From: Vibrio alginolyticus NBRC 15630 = ATCC 17749
GTDB lineage: Bacteria > Pseudomonadota > Gammaproteobacteria > Enterobacterales > Vibrionaceae
Length of the DNA: 32,000 nucleotides
Assembly: GCF_000354175.2 (NCBI RefSeq)
Contig: NC_022349.1
Coordinates: forward strand, 2,820,001-2,852,000
Direction: 5' to 3'
Positions 17,793 through 30,754 of this stretch are shown here, piece by piece. The translations under genes and the position numbers were made by a program. The notes below the pieces were generated by a model that was given only the letters and a program-made list of their open reading frames with translations, was not told the origin of the DNA and did not search any database. Positions within the stretch are counted from its first letter, which is position 1; the number at the start of each line of letters is the position of its first letter.

Positions 17793-18221
17793 CTATTTGA
17801 TGAGCTTAGCTTGAGTGAGCTTTTCTCGTAATTGATCGGCGCGCTTTCTGTTTACGCCAAAGTCAGAGTAGCCCACACGAGATTCCGAGCGCACAATCAG
17901 TTGGTCTCCTGCTATTTTTAGTTCGAGGTCATCCACGAAGCGCATGATTTTAGATGTGCACTCGATACGAAGGTAGTTGCTTTCTTTCACCGCGGTTTTC
18001 GCGCCTGGCAGTTCAAGCGCAACTTGCTCAATAGCGTCGATGTTCGCTGAATCAACTAAGATGAATGGCGTTAGGTTGTATTTTTCTCGCGAGTCTTGGG
18101 TGGAGACGCAGTTTGGTTTGTCACCACAAGGTGATTGAGAACGATCCGTCATGGTTGTGACTCCTTGGCTACAAGCGGTTAAGCCGAGCAAAGTAATGGA
18201 AAGGAGAGCGGCTTTTTTCAT
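17793..18221 (-). CDS. DUF1499-family lipoprotein
   Basis: 142 aa. Lipoprotein signal MKKAALLSITLLGLTAC (lipobox LTAC). CGDKPNCVSTQD and ...RSESRVGYSDFGVNRKRADQLR fit the DUF1499 pattern as I remember it. Confidence 0.7.
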   Translation of the reverse strand: MKKAALLSITLLGLTACSQGVTTMTDRSQSPCGDKPNCVSTQDSREKYNLTPFILVDSANIDAIEQVALELPGAKTAVKESNYLRIECTSKIMRFVDDLELKIAGDQLIVRSESRVGYSDFGVNRKRADQLREKLTQAKLIK

Positions 18222-18260
18222 TGTATTTACTCTTATAATTTGCTTCTAATTATATGGATA

Positions 18261-18295
18261 CAAAAGAAAAAGGATCCAATAATAGGACCCTTTTT
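18261..18295 (-). terminator. Candidate terminator after gltD (E. coli-type pair)
   Basis: On the plus strand AAAGGATCC-aataata-GGACCCTTT (9-bp stem, one mismatch). On the minus strand the hairpin is followed by tttttcttttg. It lies 17 nt after the gltD stop. Confidence 0.55.
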
Positions 18296-18311
18296 GTGAG
18301 GTTAACTGAGA

Positions 18312-19727
<1,416 letters not shown>

Positions 19728-19744
19728 TCAAACATCCTCCATGA

Positions 19745-22700
19745 TTACTGTGCTTGAACACGCAGCTCTGCGGCACTGCGGCTCTGGTGACCAAGTAGCG
19801 TGCGAAGATCTGCCGCTTGTGGTTTCACCAAATAGAACTTTGGAATCCATTCATCAAAGTTCGCCAAAATATTTTCAGCATGACTCGACCCTGTTTCTTC
19901 AAGGTGTTCCGCAATTAGGCCACGCAAATGTTCTTGGTGGATGTAAAGATCGGACAATGAGATGGCTTCGACAGACTCAGTATTAACTCGACCTTCAAAG
20001 CTTTGGTTCTCATCCAGAACATAGGCAAAGCCTCCAGTCATACCCGCGCCAAAGTTCACACCTGTCGCACCAAGAATGGCAACAATACCGCCAGTCATAT
20101 ACTCACAAGCGTTATCGCCAGCACCTTCAATGACGGCTATCGTACCTGAGTTTCGTACGCCGAAACGCTCACCTGCTTTACCGGCTGCAAATAGTTTACC
20201 GCCGGTCGCGCCGTACAGACAGGTGTTACCAATGATGGTTGCTTCATTACACTTAAATGCAGTGCCAAGGTGAGGTTTGATAACCACTTTACCACCCGCC
20301 ATGCCTTTGCCCACGTAGTCGTTCGCATCGCCCGTGAGGTAAAGCTCTACACCACCTGCGTTCCAAACACCAAAGGACTGGCCTGCGGTGCCGTCAAGAT
20401 AGATTTTGATAGGGGAAGCCGCCAACCCTTGGTTGCCATAGCGTTTTGCTATTTCGCCAGATAAGCGTGCACCAACAGAACGATCAGTGTTGATGACATT
20501 GTAGAAGAAACTTGCCGATTGACTGTTTTCGACCGCATGCATGGCATCATCAACGATCTTTTGGTTGAGCTCAGCTTTATCAAACGGTTTGTTTGGCTCT
20601 GTCCAAAATAGCGGATGGCCCTCAGGTGATACTGGAGCTTCTAGAATATTGGATAGATCCAGCTTGGTCTGTTTCGCTGTAAATCCCTCTACTGACTCAA
20701 GTAAATCGGTACGACCAATCAAGTCCGTCAGCTTTTCAACGCCAAGTTCGGCGAGTAATCCGCGCACTTCGTCTGCCAGGCCGATGAAGTAATTCATCAC
20801 CATTTCTGGTAGACCTTTGAAGTATTCTTTACGCAGTGTCTCGTCTTGAGTCGCAACCCCAGTTGCACAGTTGTTGAGGTGACAAATTCGTAGGAACTTA
20901 CAACCCATAGCGACCATTGGCGCAGTACCAAAACCGAAGCTTTCTGCACCTAAAATTGCGGCTTTAACTACGTCTAAACCAGTCTTTAGACCACCGTCTA
21001 CCTGTAAGCGGATCTTATGACGCAGACCATTAGCAACCAGAGCTTGTTGTGTCTCTGCCAACCCCAACTCCCAAGGGCTACCAGCGTATTTTACCGAAGT
21101 TAATGGGCTTGCTGCGGTACCACCGTCGTAACCCGAAATGGTAATAAGATCAGCGTAAGCCTTGGCTACACCCGTTGCGATGGTGCCGACACCTGGCTCG
21201 GAGACGAGTTTTACCGAAACCAGCGCATTCGGGTTGACTTGTTTAAGGTCGAAGATCAGTTGGGCCAAATCTTCAATCGAATAGATATCGTGATGCGGAG
21301 GAGGGGAGATCAGAGTCACGCCTTGTACCGAATAACGCAGTTTTGCGATTTCTGCGGTGACTTTGTGTCCTGGTAGCTGTCCACCTTCACCCGGTTTCGC
21401 ACCTTGTGCCACCTTGATTTGCAGTACATCCGCATTAGTCAGGTAATGCGGCGTTACACCAAATCGGCCAGAAGCAATCTGTTTGATACGTGAGTTACGC
21501 TCAGTACCGAAACGGCGAGGATCTTCACCGCCTTCACCCGAGTTAGAGTAACCACCAAGACGGTTCATCGCCGTTGCAAGTGCTTCATGCGCTTCTGGGC
21601 TAAGTGCGCCAATGGACATTGCCGCTGAGTCAAAGCGTTTGAACAGTTCAGTGCGTGGTTCTATTTGCTCAAGTGGCAGCGGTGAGTCTGATTTTTTCAG
21701 CGACATTAAGTCACGCAGCATGGCAACAGGGCGTTGGTTTACCTGCTTAGCAAAGCTCTGATAGTCGTTACTTTCGCCAGATTTAACGGCCTGTTGCAGC
21801 GTGCCGACGACATCCGGGTTGTAAGCATGATACTCACCTCCATGGACGTACTTTAACAAGCCTCCATGATCAATCGATTTGCGTTTCGCCCATGCTTTAC
21901 GAGATAAGTTTGTAAGATCTTGCTGGAAGTCGTCAAAATTCGCGCCTTCAATTCGAGTTGTGACGCCTTTAAAACACAGATCGACCACATCTTGGCTCAA
22001 GCCAACTGCTTCAAATAGTTGTGAGCAGCGGTAAGAGGCGATGGTTGAGATCCCCATTTTCGACATGATCTTGTACAGGCCTTTGTTGATGCCGTATTGG
22101 TAGTTTTGCATCACATCGCGGTAGTCTTTCTCTAGCGCTTTATCATCAATCAGTTTACCTAACGCTTCATAAGCAAGGTATGGGTAAACCGCAGTGGCAC
22201 CAAAACCAAGCAAGACGGCAAATTGGTGTGGATCACGGGCTGTTGCGGTTTCGACAACAATGTTGGCATCGCAACGCAAGTTCGCGTCAATCAGACGAGT
22301 TTGAACGGCGCCGACTGCCATTGCTGCTGGAATTGGCAACTTACCTTTGACCAAGGCTCTGTCCGAAAGCACCACTAAAACCGTGCCTTCACGAACGACT
22401 TGCTCTGCTTGCTCACACAGATCATTAATGGCTTGTTTAAGATCTTTTTGTTGTGGGTCGTAGTTGATATCGAGAATGGTATTACGGTAATGATCGTCAC
22501 TCAGCTCTAGTAGTTGCTGCATGTCTGAATAGAGCAGTACTGGAGAATCAAAGGTTACACGATGCGCGTGGCCATCGGTTTCACAGAAGACGTTCATCTC
22601 CTGGCCGATGCTGGTCGCCAGCGACATGACGTGTTTCTCACGCAGCGGATCGATTGGTGGGTTGGTGACCTGCGCGAACTTCTGACGGAAGTAATCAGTC

Positions 22701-24208
22701 ACCAAGCGCTCTTTCGAAGAAAGAACCGCCATCGGGGTGTCATCACCCATCGAACCGACGGCTTCTTGCCCCATATCACCGAGGACACGCAATATTTGAT
22801 CGACTTCTTCATTGCTCATGGCAAACTGCTTTTGATAAGTCTTAAGCAAGTCTTCATCAAAGCTACGCTCACCTACTTGATCTTCAGGCAGTTGAGAGAA
22901 CGGTGTTAGTTTGCGAACGTTGTTCTCCATCCATTCGCGATAAGGGTGACGAGATTTCAGATCATTATCGATCTCGCTAGATTGCCAAAGCTTACCTTTA
23001 CGAGTGTCGATGACGAGCAATTCCCCCGGACCTACACGACCTTTTTTGGCAACTTCATCTGGGGCGTAATTCCAAATCCCTACCTCAGATGCCAGAGTGA
23101 TCAACTTGTCTTTGGTAATTACATAACGAGCTGGACGCAGACCGTTTCGGTCTAGGTTACAAGCAGCATAACGACCATCGGATAGTACGATACCTGCTGG
23201 ACCATCCCATGGTTCCATGTGTTTGGAGTTGAAATCGTAAAACGCACGCAAATCCGGATCCATGTCAGGGTGGTTTTGCCATGCTGGCGGCACAAGCATA
23301 CGCATGGCACGGAAGATATCCATGCCGCCAGCTAAAAAGAGATCTAGCATATTATCTAAGCTAGACGAGTCTGAGCCTGTCTCGTTCACAAACGGTGCTG
23401 CAGTTTGTAGGTCAGGCAGCAGTGGTGACGAGAACTTGTAAGCACGAGCGCGTGCCCATTGTCGGTTACCTTCAATGGTATTGATCTCACCATTATGAGC
23501 AAGGTAGCGGAACGGTTGAGCTAATGGCCAACGCGGTTGAGTGTTGGTAGAAAAACGCTGGTGGAACAGACAGATAGCAGATTCCATACGTAGATCGGCA
23601 AGATCAAGATAAAAGCGCGGTAAGTCCGCAGGCATGCATAGGCCTTTGTACACCAAAACTTGAGTCGATAAGCTACAGATGTAGAAATCCGGATCTTCGG
23701 TGATTTGTTTCTCGATGCGACGGCGTGCGATGTAGAGACGACGTTCAATGTCGCGTTCGCGCCAACCTGCCGGTGCAGAGACAAAGACTTGCTGAATATT
23801 TGGAAGCGAGTTGGCCGCAATTGGACCGAGTACTTCTGAATTAGTGGGTACTTCACGCCAACCAGCCACAGTTAGCGTCTCTTGCGCCAGTTCTTTGTTG
23901 ACGATGTCTTTAGCGAGTTGAGCTTTGACTGGATCTTGGTTGAAGAAAATCATCCCTACGGCGTATTGCTTGCCAAGGTTGAAACCATTTTCTTCGGCAA
24001 TAAGACGTAAATAGGAATCGGGCTTTTGTAATAGAAGACCACAACCATCACCAGTTTTACCATCGGCGGCGATACCACCACGGTGAGTCATGCGGTCAAG
24101 TGCAGAAATTGCTGTACGTACCAGCTTGTGGCTTTGTTCGCCTTCCATATGCGCGATCAAGCCAAATCCACAGTTGTCTTTCTCAAGACTTGGATCATAA
24201 AGAGCCAT
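19745..24208 (-). CDS. gltB: Glutamate synthase large subunit GltB, E. coli-type
   Basis: 1487 aa. [27 protein letters not shown]... and the C-terminus ...[17 protein letters not shown] are collinear with E. coli GltB. The Ntn-amidotransferase catalytic Cys follows a short propeptide. SD agggaga upstream. Confidence 0.97.
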   Translation of the reverse strand: MALYDPSLEKDNCGFGLIAHMEGEQSHKLVRTAISALDRMTHRGGIAADGKTGDGCGLLLQKPDSYLRLIAEENGFNLGKQYAVGMIFFNQDPVKAQLAKDIVNKELAQETLTVAGWREVPTNSEVLGPIAANSLPNIQQVFVSAPAGWRERDIERRLYIARRRIEKQITEDPDFYICSLSTQVLVYKGLCMPADLPRFYLDLADLRMESAICLFHQRFSTNTQPRWPLAQPFRYLAHNGEINTIEGNRQWARARAYKFSSPLLPDLQTAAPFVNETGSDSSSLDNMLDLFLAGGMDIFRAMRMLVPPAWQNHPDMDPDLRAFYDFNSKHMEPWDGPAGIVLSDGRYAACNLDRNGLRPARYVITKDKLITLASEVGIWNYAPDEVAKKGRVGPGELLVIDTRKGKLWQSSEIDNDLKSRHPYREWMENNVRKLTPFSQLPEDQVGERSFDEDLLKTYQKQFAMSNEEVDQILRVLGDMGQEAVGSMGDDTPMAVLSSKERLVTDYFRQKFAQVTNPPIDPLREKHVMSLATSIGQEMNVFCETDGHAHRVTFDSPVLLYSDMQQLLELSDDHYRNTILDINYDPQQKDLKQAINDLCEQAEQVVREGTVLVVLSDRALVKGKLPIPAAMAVGAVQTRLIDANLRCDANIVVETATARDPHQFAVLLGFGATAVYPYLAYEALGKLIDDKALEKDYRDVMQNYQYGINKGLYKIMSKMGISTIASYRCSQLFEAVGLSQDVVDLCFKGVTTRIEGANFDDFQQDLTNLSRKAWAKRKSIDHGGLLKYVHGGEYHAYNPDVVGTLQQAVKSGESNDYQSFAKQVNQRPVAMLRDLMSLKKSDSPLPLEQIEPRTELFKRFDSAAMSIGALSPEAHEALATAMNRLGGYSNSGEGGEDPRRFGTERNSRIKQIASGRFGVTPHYLTNADVLQIKVAQGAKPGEGGQLPGHKVTAEIAKLRYSVQGVTLISPPPHHDIYSIEDLAQLIFDLKQVNPNALVSVKLVSEPGVGTIATGVAKAYADLITISGYDGGTAASPLTSVKYAGSPWELGLAETQQALVANGLRHKIRLQVDGGLKTGLDVVKAAILGAESFGFGTAPMVAMGCKFLRICHLNNCATGVATQDETLRKEYFKGLPEMVMNYFIGLADEVRGLLAELGVEKLTDLIGRTDLLESVEGFTAKQTKLDLSNILEAPVSPEGHPLFWTEPNKPFDKAELNQKIVDDAMHAVENSQSASFFYNVINTDRSVGARLSGEIAKRYGNQGLAASPIKIYLDGTAGQSFGVWNAGGVELYLTGDANDYVGKGMAGGKVVIKPHLGTAFKCNEATIIGNTCLYGATGGKLFAAGKAGERFGVRNSGTIAVIEGAGDNACEYMTGGIVAILGATGVNFGAGMTGGFAYVLDENQSFEGRVNTESVEAISLSDLYIHQEHLRGLIAEHLEETGSSHAENILANFDEWIPKFYLVKPQAADLRTLLGHQSRSAAELRVQAQ

Positions 24209-24527
24209 TGCAATTCTCCCTTTGCTTATCCGTCATCCCGACAGATATATCAACACTGCTTACGTTGATATCGATGACTAACCATGCGTCATCTTTATAG
24301 CTTTATGTATAATTATTCAGTAAAAGTTGTGAAATATTTAACATTTTTTGAGTGTTTTATTTTCATCAACTTCACAAGCTATAGCTTATTGTAAAAAAGG
24401 TCAAGTTATTAGTGGATCATCACGTGAATATACGATTTACCATTTAATAAGCTAAAATAGTTTAATAATTTCAAATAGATAGAAAATTGATTGTTACAAA
24501 AAAGTAACATTTGATTCTGTGGGAGAT

Positions 24528-24554
24528 AAAAAAGACCAGCATAAAATGCTGGTC
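24528..24554 (-). terminator. Rho-independent terminator of the second gltBD operon
   Basis: Minus strand reads GACCAGCA-tttta-TGCTGGTC-tttttt (stem 24547-24554 / 24534-24541, U-run 24528-24533), about 100 nt after the gltD-2 stop. Confidence 0.75.
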
Positions 24555-24656
24555 AAAATAGAAAGATTGGAAGGAATTGTTTTCTTTCTTCACCGATAGC
24601 CATCGATATTGCTGATGGCTATTAGGCAATTGAAAGAGAGAAGCATGACTGCTTCG

Positions 24657-26126
24657 TTAAGCAGAAAGCATCAGTGAATCTGCTTTTGCTTCTAGGTTTG
24701 TGCCACCCATTAGGTAATCATCGATAGCACGGGCACATTCGCGGCCTTCATTGATACAACGAACCACCAAAGATTGGCCTGTTCGCATATCACCAGCAGC
24801 AAATACGCCTTCTTGGTTAGTAGCAAAATCTTGAGTTGCTACGTTACCGCGATCGTCTAGTGCGATATCCAGTTGAGCAAGTACGCCTGTTGGTTCAGGG
24901 TGTAGGAATCCCATCGCTAGAAATGCCATATCACATGGAATCACACGCTCGCTGCCTTCTACTTCTTTGAAGCTTGGACGCTCGCCTGGTTTCGCATCTT
25001 GCCAAACGATATCAGCTAAACGAAGACCGGTAACTTCACCTTTGTCATTGCCGATGAACTCTTTGGTTAGGATATTCCAGTGACGATCAACGCCTTCTTC
25101 ATGAGACGTCGAAGTACGTAGGATCATCGGGTACTGTGGCCATGGCATATTGGCAGGACGTTTCTCTGGTGGAATCGGCATGATTTCAACCTGAGTGATG
25201 CTTGCTGCACCGTGGCGGTTTGATGTACCTACACAGTCAGAACCCGTATCACCACCACCGATAACGACAACGTGTTTACCCGCGGCGTGAAGTTCTTCAC
25301 CCTTAAGATCCATGTCGTTGGCACGGCGGTTATTTTGACCTAGGAATTCCATCGCGAAGTGAACGCCTTTTAGTTCACGACCCGGAACGGGCAAATCACG
25401 AGGAACGGTTGAACCACCAGTCAGTAGAACCACATCGAACTCTTGACGCAGCTGCTGAGCATTCACATCAACACCAACATGTTGGTTAACTTTGAATTCA
25501 ATACCCGCTTCTGCCATCAGGTTGATCTTACGATCAATCACGTCCATACCCAGTTTGAAATCTGGGATACCAAAACGTAGCAGACCGCCTACTTTCTCGT
25601 CTCGCTCGAATACTGTTACAGTATGACCAGCGCTGTTTAGCTGCTCAGCAGCCGCAAGGCCAGCTGGGCCCGAACCGATGATCGCAACGGTTTTACCAGT
25701 GCGAGAACGTGGTGTTTTTGGTTTGGCGTACCCTTCACGATACGCTGTTTCTACGATGGTTTTCTCGATATTACAGATAGTGATTGGGTCTTGGTTGATG
25801 CCAAGTACACAAGCACTTTCACACGGAGCAGGGCAAACACGACCAGTAAACTCTGGGAAGTTATTGGTTGAGCTTAGAATGTTCCATGCTTCTTCCCAGC
25901 TATCACGATAAACCGCATCGTTAAACTCTGGGATGATGTTACCGATAGGGCAGCCGTTATGACAAAACGGCACACCACAATCCATACAACGAGAAGCCTG
26001 AGTATTGATCTTGTCACCAAACTCCTCGTTCAGAACGAACTCTTTGTTGTTCTTGATGCGTTCAGCTGGGTCGATCTTCTGTGGTAGTTCACGACCATGC
26101 TCTAAAAATCCAGTAGGCTTACCCAT
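24657..26126 (-). CDS. Glutamate synthase small-subunit paralogue (second, divergent type)
   Basis: 489 aa. [26 protein letters not shown]..., Fe-S cysteines [20 protein letters not shown], dinucleotide fold [14 protein letters not shown]. It is clearly a GltD-family protein, but the sequence differs from the 18312-19724 copy along its whole length. Its ATG shares one base with the upstream stop (TAATG). Confidence 0.9.
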   Translation of the reverse strand: MGKPTGFLEHGRELPQKIDPAERIKNNKEFVLNEEFGDKINTQASRCMDCGVPFCHNGCPIGNIIPEFNDAVYRDSWEEAWNILSSTNNFPEFTGRVCPAPCESACVLGINQDPITICNIEKTIVETAYREGYAKPKTPRSRTGKTVAIIGSGPAGLAAAEQLNSAGHTVTVFERDEKVGGLLRFGIPDFKLGMDVIDRKINLMAEAGIEFKVNQHVGVDVNAQQLRQEFDVVLLTGGSTVPRDLPVPGRELKGVHFAMEFLGQNNRRANDMDLKGEELHAAGKHVVVIGGGDTGSDCVGTSNRHGAASITQVEIMPIPPEKRPANMPWPQYPMILRTSTSHEEGVDRHWNILTKEFIGNDKGEVTGLRLADIVWQDAKPGERPSFKEVEGSERVIPCDMAFLAMGFLHPEPTGVLAQLDIALDDRGNVATQDFATNQEGVFAAGDMRTGQSLVVRCINEGRECARAIDDYLMGGTNLEAKADSLMLSA

Positions 26127-29100
26127 TATACGGCCTCCACTTGAGTTTCGTTTCCTTGAGACTGTGCTTCAGCTTTACGCTTTTGAAGAACCGCTTTGTA
26201 GTCACGCGGCATTACCTTAACCATAGAGGCTAGGCTTGCTTCAAAGTTGTCTAGGAAAGACTGAGCGACTTCACTTCCTGTGAATTGAACATGCTTAGTT
26301 AGCATGTCGAGTAATAGATCTCTGTCTTCTTGCTCGATTGGGTCTAGGTCTACTAGCTCTGGGTTCAGTTTTGACTCAAAGTCACCTGATTTATCCCATA
26401 CGTAAGCCACGCCGCCACTCATACCAGCGGCAAAGTTACGACCTGTTGAACCAAGGATAATTGCTGCACCGCCAGTCATGTATTCACAACCGTGGTCACC
26501 GACGCCTTCTACTACTACTTTCGCACCTGAGTTACGAACACAGAAACGTTCACCAGCCATACCGCGAATGAAAGACTCACCCGAAGTTGCACCGTAGAAA
26601 CACACGTTACCAACCACGATGTTGTCTTCCGCGACAATGCTTGATTTCGCATCTGGATAAAGTACTAAGGTACCGCCAGATAAGCCTTTACCCCAGTAGT
26701 CGTTCGCGTCGCCTTCCACTTCGAACTTCACGCCCTTAGCTAGGAATGCACCGAATGACTGACCCGCAGAACCTTTGAACTTCACGTTCATTGGCTTAGG
26801 TAGACCTGCATCTTTGTACACTTTCGAGATTTCGTTCGACAGCATGGTACCTGCAGAGCGGTCCGTGTTAACGATAGGGAACTCGGCATTCACCGCTTCG
26901 CCTTTCTCTAGTGAAGGAATTGCCGCTTTAATCAGCTTACGGTCTAGCACTTCTTCTAGGTTGTGATTCTGCTGAGCTTGGTTGAATACACCATCAGCTT
27001 CACGTGGTTGCTCAACGTGGAGAACAGGAGACAGATCTAGGTTCTTGTATTTCCAGTGAGAAATGTCTTGGCGAATCTTCAGCTTCTGACCTTGACCGAC
27101 CATTTCATCGATAGTGCGGAAGCCAAGTTCAGCCATGATTTCACGTAGACCTTGTGCCATGTATTGGAAGAAGGTTACGACGTCTTCAACGCGACCATCA
27201 AAGCGCTCGCGAAGCGTCTTGTTCTGAGTCGCGATACCAACAGGACAAGTGTTCTTATGACACTTACGCATCATGATACAACCTTCAACCACTAATGCTG
27301 CGGTTGCTACGCCCCATTCTTCTGCACCAAGTAGTGTTGCCACTGCAAGGTCGCGAGGTGTCTTCATCTGACCATCCGCTTGAACCACGATACGGTTACG
27401 TAGACCGTTCTTCAGTAGCGTTTGGTGCGTTTCTGCCAAGCCAAGTTCCCAAGGAAGACCTGTATGGCGGATTGAAGACATTGGGGATGCACCTGTACCG
27501 CCGTCGAAACCTGCGATTAGTACAACGTCCGCTTTCGCTTTCGCGACACCAGAAGCGATCGTACCTACGCCTGCTTCTGATACCAGCTTCACGTTTACAC
27601 GGCCTGCGCGGTTCGCGTTCTTCAAGTCGTAGATAAGCTGAGCCAAATCTTCGATTGAGTAGATATCGTGGTGTGGTGGTGGAGAGATAAGGCCAACGCC
27701 CGGAGTCGAGTGACGCGTTGCACCGATCCAGTCATCTACTTTATCGCCTGGTAGCTGACCACCTTCACCTGGCTTCGCACCTTGAGCCATTTTGATTTGT
27801 AGCTCTTCAGCGTTAGTTAGGTAGTAAGAGGTTACGCCGAAACGACCTGAAGCCACCTGCTTGATTGCAGAGCGTTCCCAATCGCCGTTCTCTTTGCGCT
27901 CGAAACGCATTGGGTCTTCACCACCTTCACCAGAGTTCGATTTCGCGCCAAGACGGTTCATCGCAACTGCCAGTGTGGAGTGTGCTTCGTAAGAAATAGA
28001 ACCGAATGACATAGCGCCCGTCGCGAAGCGTTTCACGATGCTTTCAATTGGTTCGACTTCGTCGATAGAGATAGAACCTGCTGGGTTCTTAATGAATTCT
28101 AGCTGGCTACGCAGAGTTACTGCGTTGTCACCTTGTTTATCTACGGCTGTCGCGTACTGCTTGAACTGATCGTAGTTCTTGTTGCGCGTAGACTCTTGCA
28201 GTAGAGAAATGGTTTCTGGGTTGAATAGGTGCTTCTCACCACGCTGTTTCCATTGGTAAACACCACCAACATCCAGCATTTGAATTGGGATTTCGCGTTG
28301 TGGGTAACCGATGCGGTGACGGATCAGCACTTCTTTGGCGATATCATCAAGGGTTAGACCTTGGATACGAGAAACTGTACCTGTGAAGTATTTGTCTACC
28401 ACGGATTTATGGATGCCCAAGGCTTCGAAGATTTGCGCACCATGGTACGACTGTAGCGTTGAGATACCCATCTTCGAGAAGATCTTCAGAAGACCGCCAT
28501 TGATCGCTTTACGGTAGTTGTTGAACAGATCACGAGGGTTCGCTTCTGGATCCAACTTCTTCGTACGTTGAAGTTCAATGATGGTTTCAATCACTAGGTA
28601 AGGGTTAACCGCATTCGCACCGTAACCAAGTAGCGTTGCAAAGTGGTGCGTTTCACGCGCGTCACCAGTTTCAACCACGATGTCACACTTCGCACGTAGA
28701 CCTTTACGGATCAAGTGGTGGTGCACTGCGCCAACTGCCAGCATTGCTGGGATCGCCGCGTGGTTTGAATTCACTGCGCGGTCAGTGAGTAGGATGATTG
28801 AGTAACCATCGATAACCGCGTCTTCTGCGTATTGGCAGATACGTTTTAATGCACGCTCAAGTTTGCCTTGATCTTCACTAGCTTGGAATACGATATCCAA
28901 CGTTTTCGCTTGTAGGTGCTCGTTATCGATCGCACGCAGTTTTTCAAGCTCTGAGTTCGCCAGAACCGGCGATTCTAATTCGACTTTCTGACAGTGAAGT
29001 GGTGTTTCAGTCAGAAGGTTTTGGTCTTTACCCAAGTAAGTGTTCAGCGACATAACCATACGCTCACGGATCGGGTCGATCGGTGGGTTGGTTACCTGTG

Positions 29101-30676
29101 CGAACAGCTGCTTGAAGTAGTTAGAAAGATGTTGAGACTGATGAGATAGAACCGCAAGAGGCCAGTCGGCACCCATTGCTGATAATGGCTCTTTCGCGTC
29201 ATTCGCCATTGGAACGATGATTTCGTTCACTTCTTCAGTGCTTACGCCAAACGCTTGTTGGCGGTGTAGAAGGTGTTCTGGCTTAGGTTGGCTGAACTGG
29301 TTGCTCGCATCTGGCAGCTTCTTCAAGCTCAGTAGGTTTTCTTCTACCCATTTCTCGTAAGGCTGTGCCGTTGCGATGGTGTCTTTCACTTCTTCATCGG
29401 AGATGATGCGACCTTGCTCTAGGTCTGCAACGAAGATACGACCCGGTTGTAGACGACCACGGAACTCTACGTTCTCTGGTTCAATATCCACAACACCAGA
29501 TTCAGATGCCATCACTAGGAAGTTATCTTTGGTCACTGTGTAGCGAGAAGGGCGCAAACCGTTACGGTCTAGTGTCGCACCAACTTGAACACCATCAGTA
29601 AAACATACGGAAGCCGGGCCATCCCATGGTTCCATGATGTTCGCATGGTACTGATAGAACGCGCGACGTTTAGGATCCATGTTTTTGTTTTCTTGCCATG
29701 CTTCCGGAATCATCATCATCAATGCGTGTGGCAGGCTGCGACCAGACAGAACTAGGAGCTCAAGTGCCATGTCAAAGTTAGATGAATCCGAGCTGCCTTC
29801 CTGACAGATTGGAAGAAGCATGTCGATTTCAGCCTGAGTAAACAGGTCTGATTCTAGGATTGCTTCACGGGCTTTCATCCAGTTCAAGTTACCGCGAACT
29901 GTATTGATTTCACCGTTGTGGGCAATGTAACGGAAAGGCTGTGCAAGACGCCATTTCGGGAAGGTATTGGTAGAGAAACGAGAGTGTACCAGTGCCAGTG
30001 CAGTCACCATGGTCGGGTTTTGCAGATCAAGGAAGTACTGCGGTACTTGCTCGGTCGTTAACTGACCTTTGTACACCAATGTCTTGTAAGACATAGAGTT
30101 AATGTAGAAGTCGTCACCAATGTTCGAAACGCTTTCTAGGCAAACACGTACAGTGTAGTTACGAAGCACGTACAGTTTGCGTTCTAGTTCTTCAGGTGTG
30201 ATGCCAGGGCCACCAGAGATAAACACATGCTCAAACTGAGGCTCTGTGCTTAGTGGGTCTGCACCGATCATTGAGTTGTCGGTTGGCAGAACGCGGTAGC
30301 CGATAACTTCAAGATCTAGACGCTGTGCATTACGTTCTAGAATGTCACGGCATTGCTCGCGTTTGTATTCGTCTTTCGGGAAAAGAACGACACCAACACC
30401 ATACTTTTCAAACGAAGGCAGTTTAATGCCTAGCTTAACGGCTTCTTCTAATAGGAATTCATGAGGTTTTTGTAGCAAGATACCCGCACCGTCACCGCTG
30501 CATGGGTCACAACCTTGACCACCACGGTGTTCCATGCGAGCCAGCATATCCAATGCTTGAGTCACTACTTCATGAGATTTACGGTTTTTAAGGTGAGCAA
30601 CAAAACCGATACCACAAGCGTCATGCTCCAGTTCCGGAGTGTACAGACCCTGTGGATTTTGCTCTCTATCTACCAT
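26126..30676 (-). CDS. Glutamate synthase large-subunit paralogue (second, divergent type)
   Basis: Track ORF runs to 30724. I place the start at ATG 30676, 7 nt after SD GGAAGGA, giving MVDREQNPQGLYTPELEHDACGIGFVAHLKNRKSH (1516 aa). The glutaminase, FMN/Fe-S (…[19 protein letters not shown]…) and C-terminal beta-helix (GDANDYWGKG) regions are all present. Confidence 0.9.
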   Translation of the reverse strand: MVDREQNPQGLYTPELEHDACGIGFVAHLKNRKSHEVVTQALDMLARMEHRGGQGCDPCSGDGAGILLQKPHEFLLEEAVKLGIKLPSFEKYGVGVVLFPKDEYKREQCRDILERNAQRLDLEVIGYRVLPTDNSMIGADPLSTEPQFEHVFISGGPGITPEELERKLYVLRNYTVRVCLESVSNIGDDFYINSMSYKTLVYKGQLTTEQVPQYFLDLQNPTMVTALALVHSRFSTNTFPKWRLAQPFRYIAHNGEINTVRGNLNWMKAREAILESDLFTQAEIDMLLPICQEGSSDSSNFDMALELLVLSGRSLPHALMMMIPEAWQENKNMDPKRRAFYQYHANIMEPWDGPASVCFTDGVQVGATLDRNGLRPSRYTVTKDNFLVMASESGVVDIEPENVEFRGRLQPGRIFVADLEQGRIISDEEVKDTIATAQPYEKWVEENLLSLKKLPDASNQFSQPKPEHLLHRQQAFGVSTEEVNEIIVPMANDAKEPLSAMGADWPLAVLSHQSQHLSNYFKQLFAQVTNPPIDPIRERMVMSLNTYLGKDQNLLTETPLHCQKVELESPVLANSELEKLRAIDNEHLQAKTLDIVFQASEDQGKLERALKRICQYAEDAVIDGYSIILLTDRAVNSNHAAIPAMLAVGAVHHHLIRKGLRAKCDIVVETGDARETHHFATLLGYGANAVNPYLVIETIIELQRTKKLDPEANPRDLFNNYRKAINGGLLKIFSKMGISTLQSYHGAQIFEALGIHKSVVDKYFTGTVSRIQGLTLDDIAKEVLIRHRIGYPQREIPIQMLDVGGVYQWKQRGEKHLFNPETISLLQESTRNKNYDQFKQYATAVDKQGDNAVTLRSQLEFIKNPAGSISIDEVEPIESIVKRFATGAMSFGSISYEAHSTLAVAMNRLGAKSNSGEGGEDPMRFERKENGDWERSAIKQVASGRFGVTSYYLTNAEELQIKMAQGAKPGEGGQLPGDKVDDWIGATRHSTPGVGLISPPPHHDIYSIEDLAQLIYDLKNANRAGRVNVKLVSEAGVGTIASGVAKAKADVVLIAGFDGGTGASPMSSIRHTGLPWELGLAETHQTLLKNGLRNRIVVQADGQMKTPRDLAVATLLGAEEWGVATAALVVEGCIMMRKCHKNTCPVGIATQNKTLRERFDGRVEDVVTFFQYMAQGLREIMAELGFRTIDEMVGQGQKLKIRQDISHWKYKNLDLSPVLHVEQPREADGVFNQAQQNHNLEEVLDRKLIKAAIPSLEKGEAVNAEFPIVNTDRSAGTMLSNEISKVYKDAGLPKPMNVKFKGSAGQSFGAFLAKGVKFEVEGDANDYWGKGLSGGTLVLYPDAKSSIVAEDNIVVGNVCFYGATSGESFIRGMAGERFCVRNSGAKVVVEGVGDHGCEYMTGGAAIILGSTGRNFAAGMSGGVAYVWDKSGDFESKLNPELVDLDPIEQEDRDLLLDMLTKHVQFTGSEVAQSFLDNFEASLASMVKVMPRDYKAVLQKRKAEAQSQGNETQVEAV

Positions 30677-30754
30677 AGATACATCCTTCCAGTTCAATGT
30701 CGACGCAAAAGTACCGGGCAGCAAATACTACCTAGACTATTGATTACGTCTTGT

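Noticed and set aside
30677-30724. Longer start (MLPGTFASTLNWKDVS) for the second gltB
   Set aside because: ATG 30676 is preceded by GGAAGGA at 7 nt. The extension has no SD and adds residues not expected before the glutaminase propeptide.
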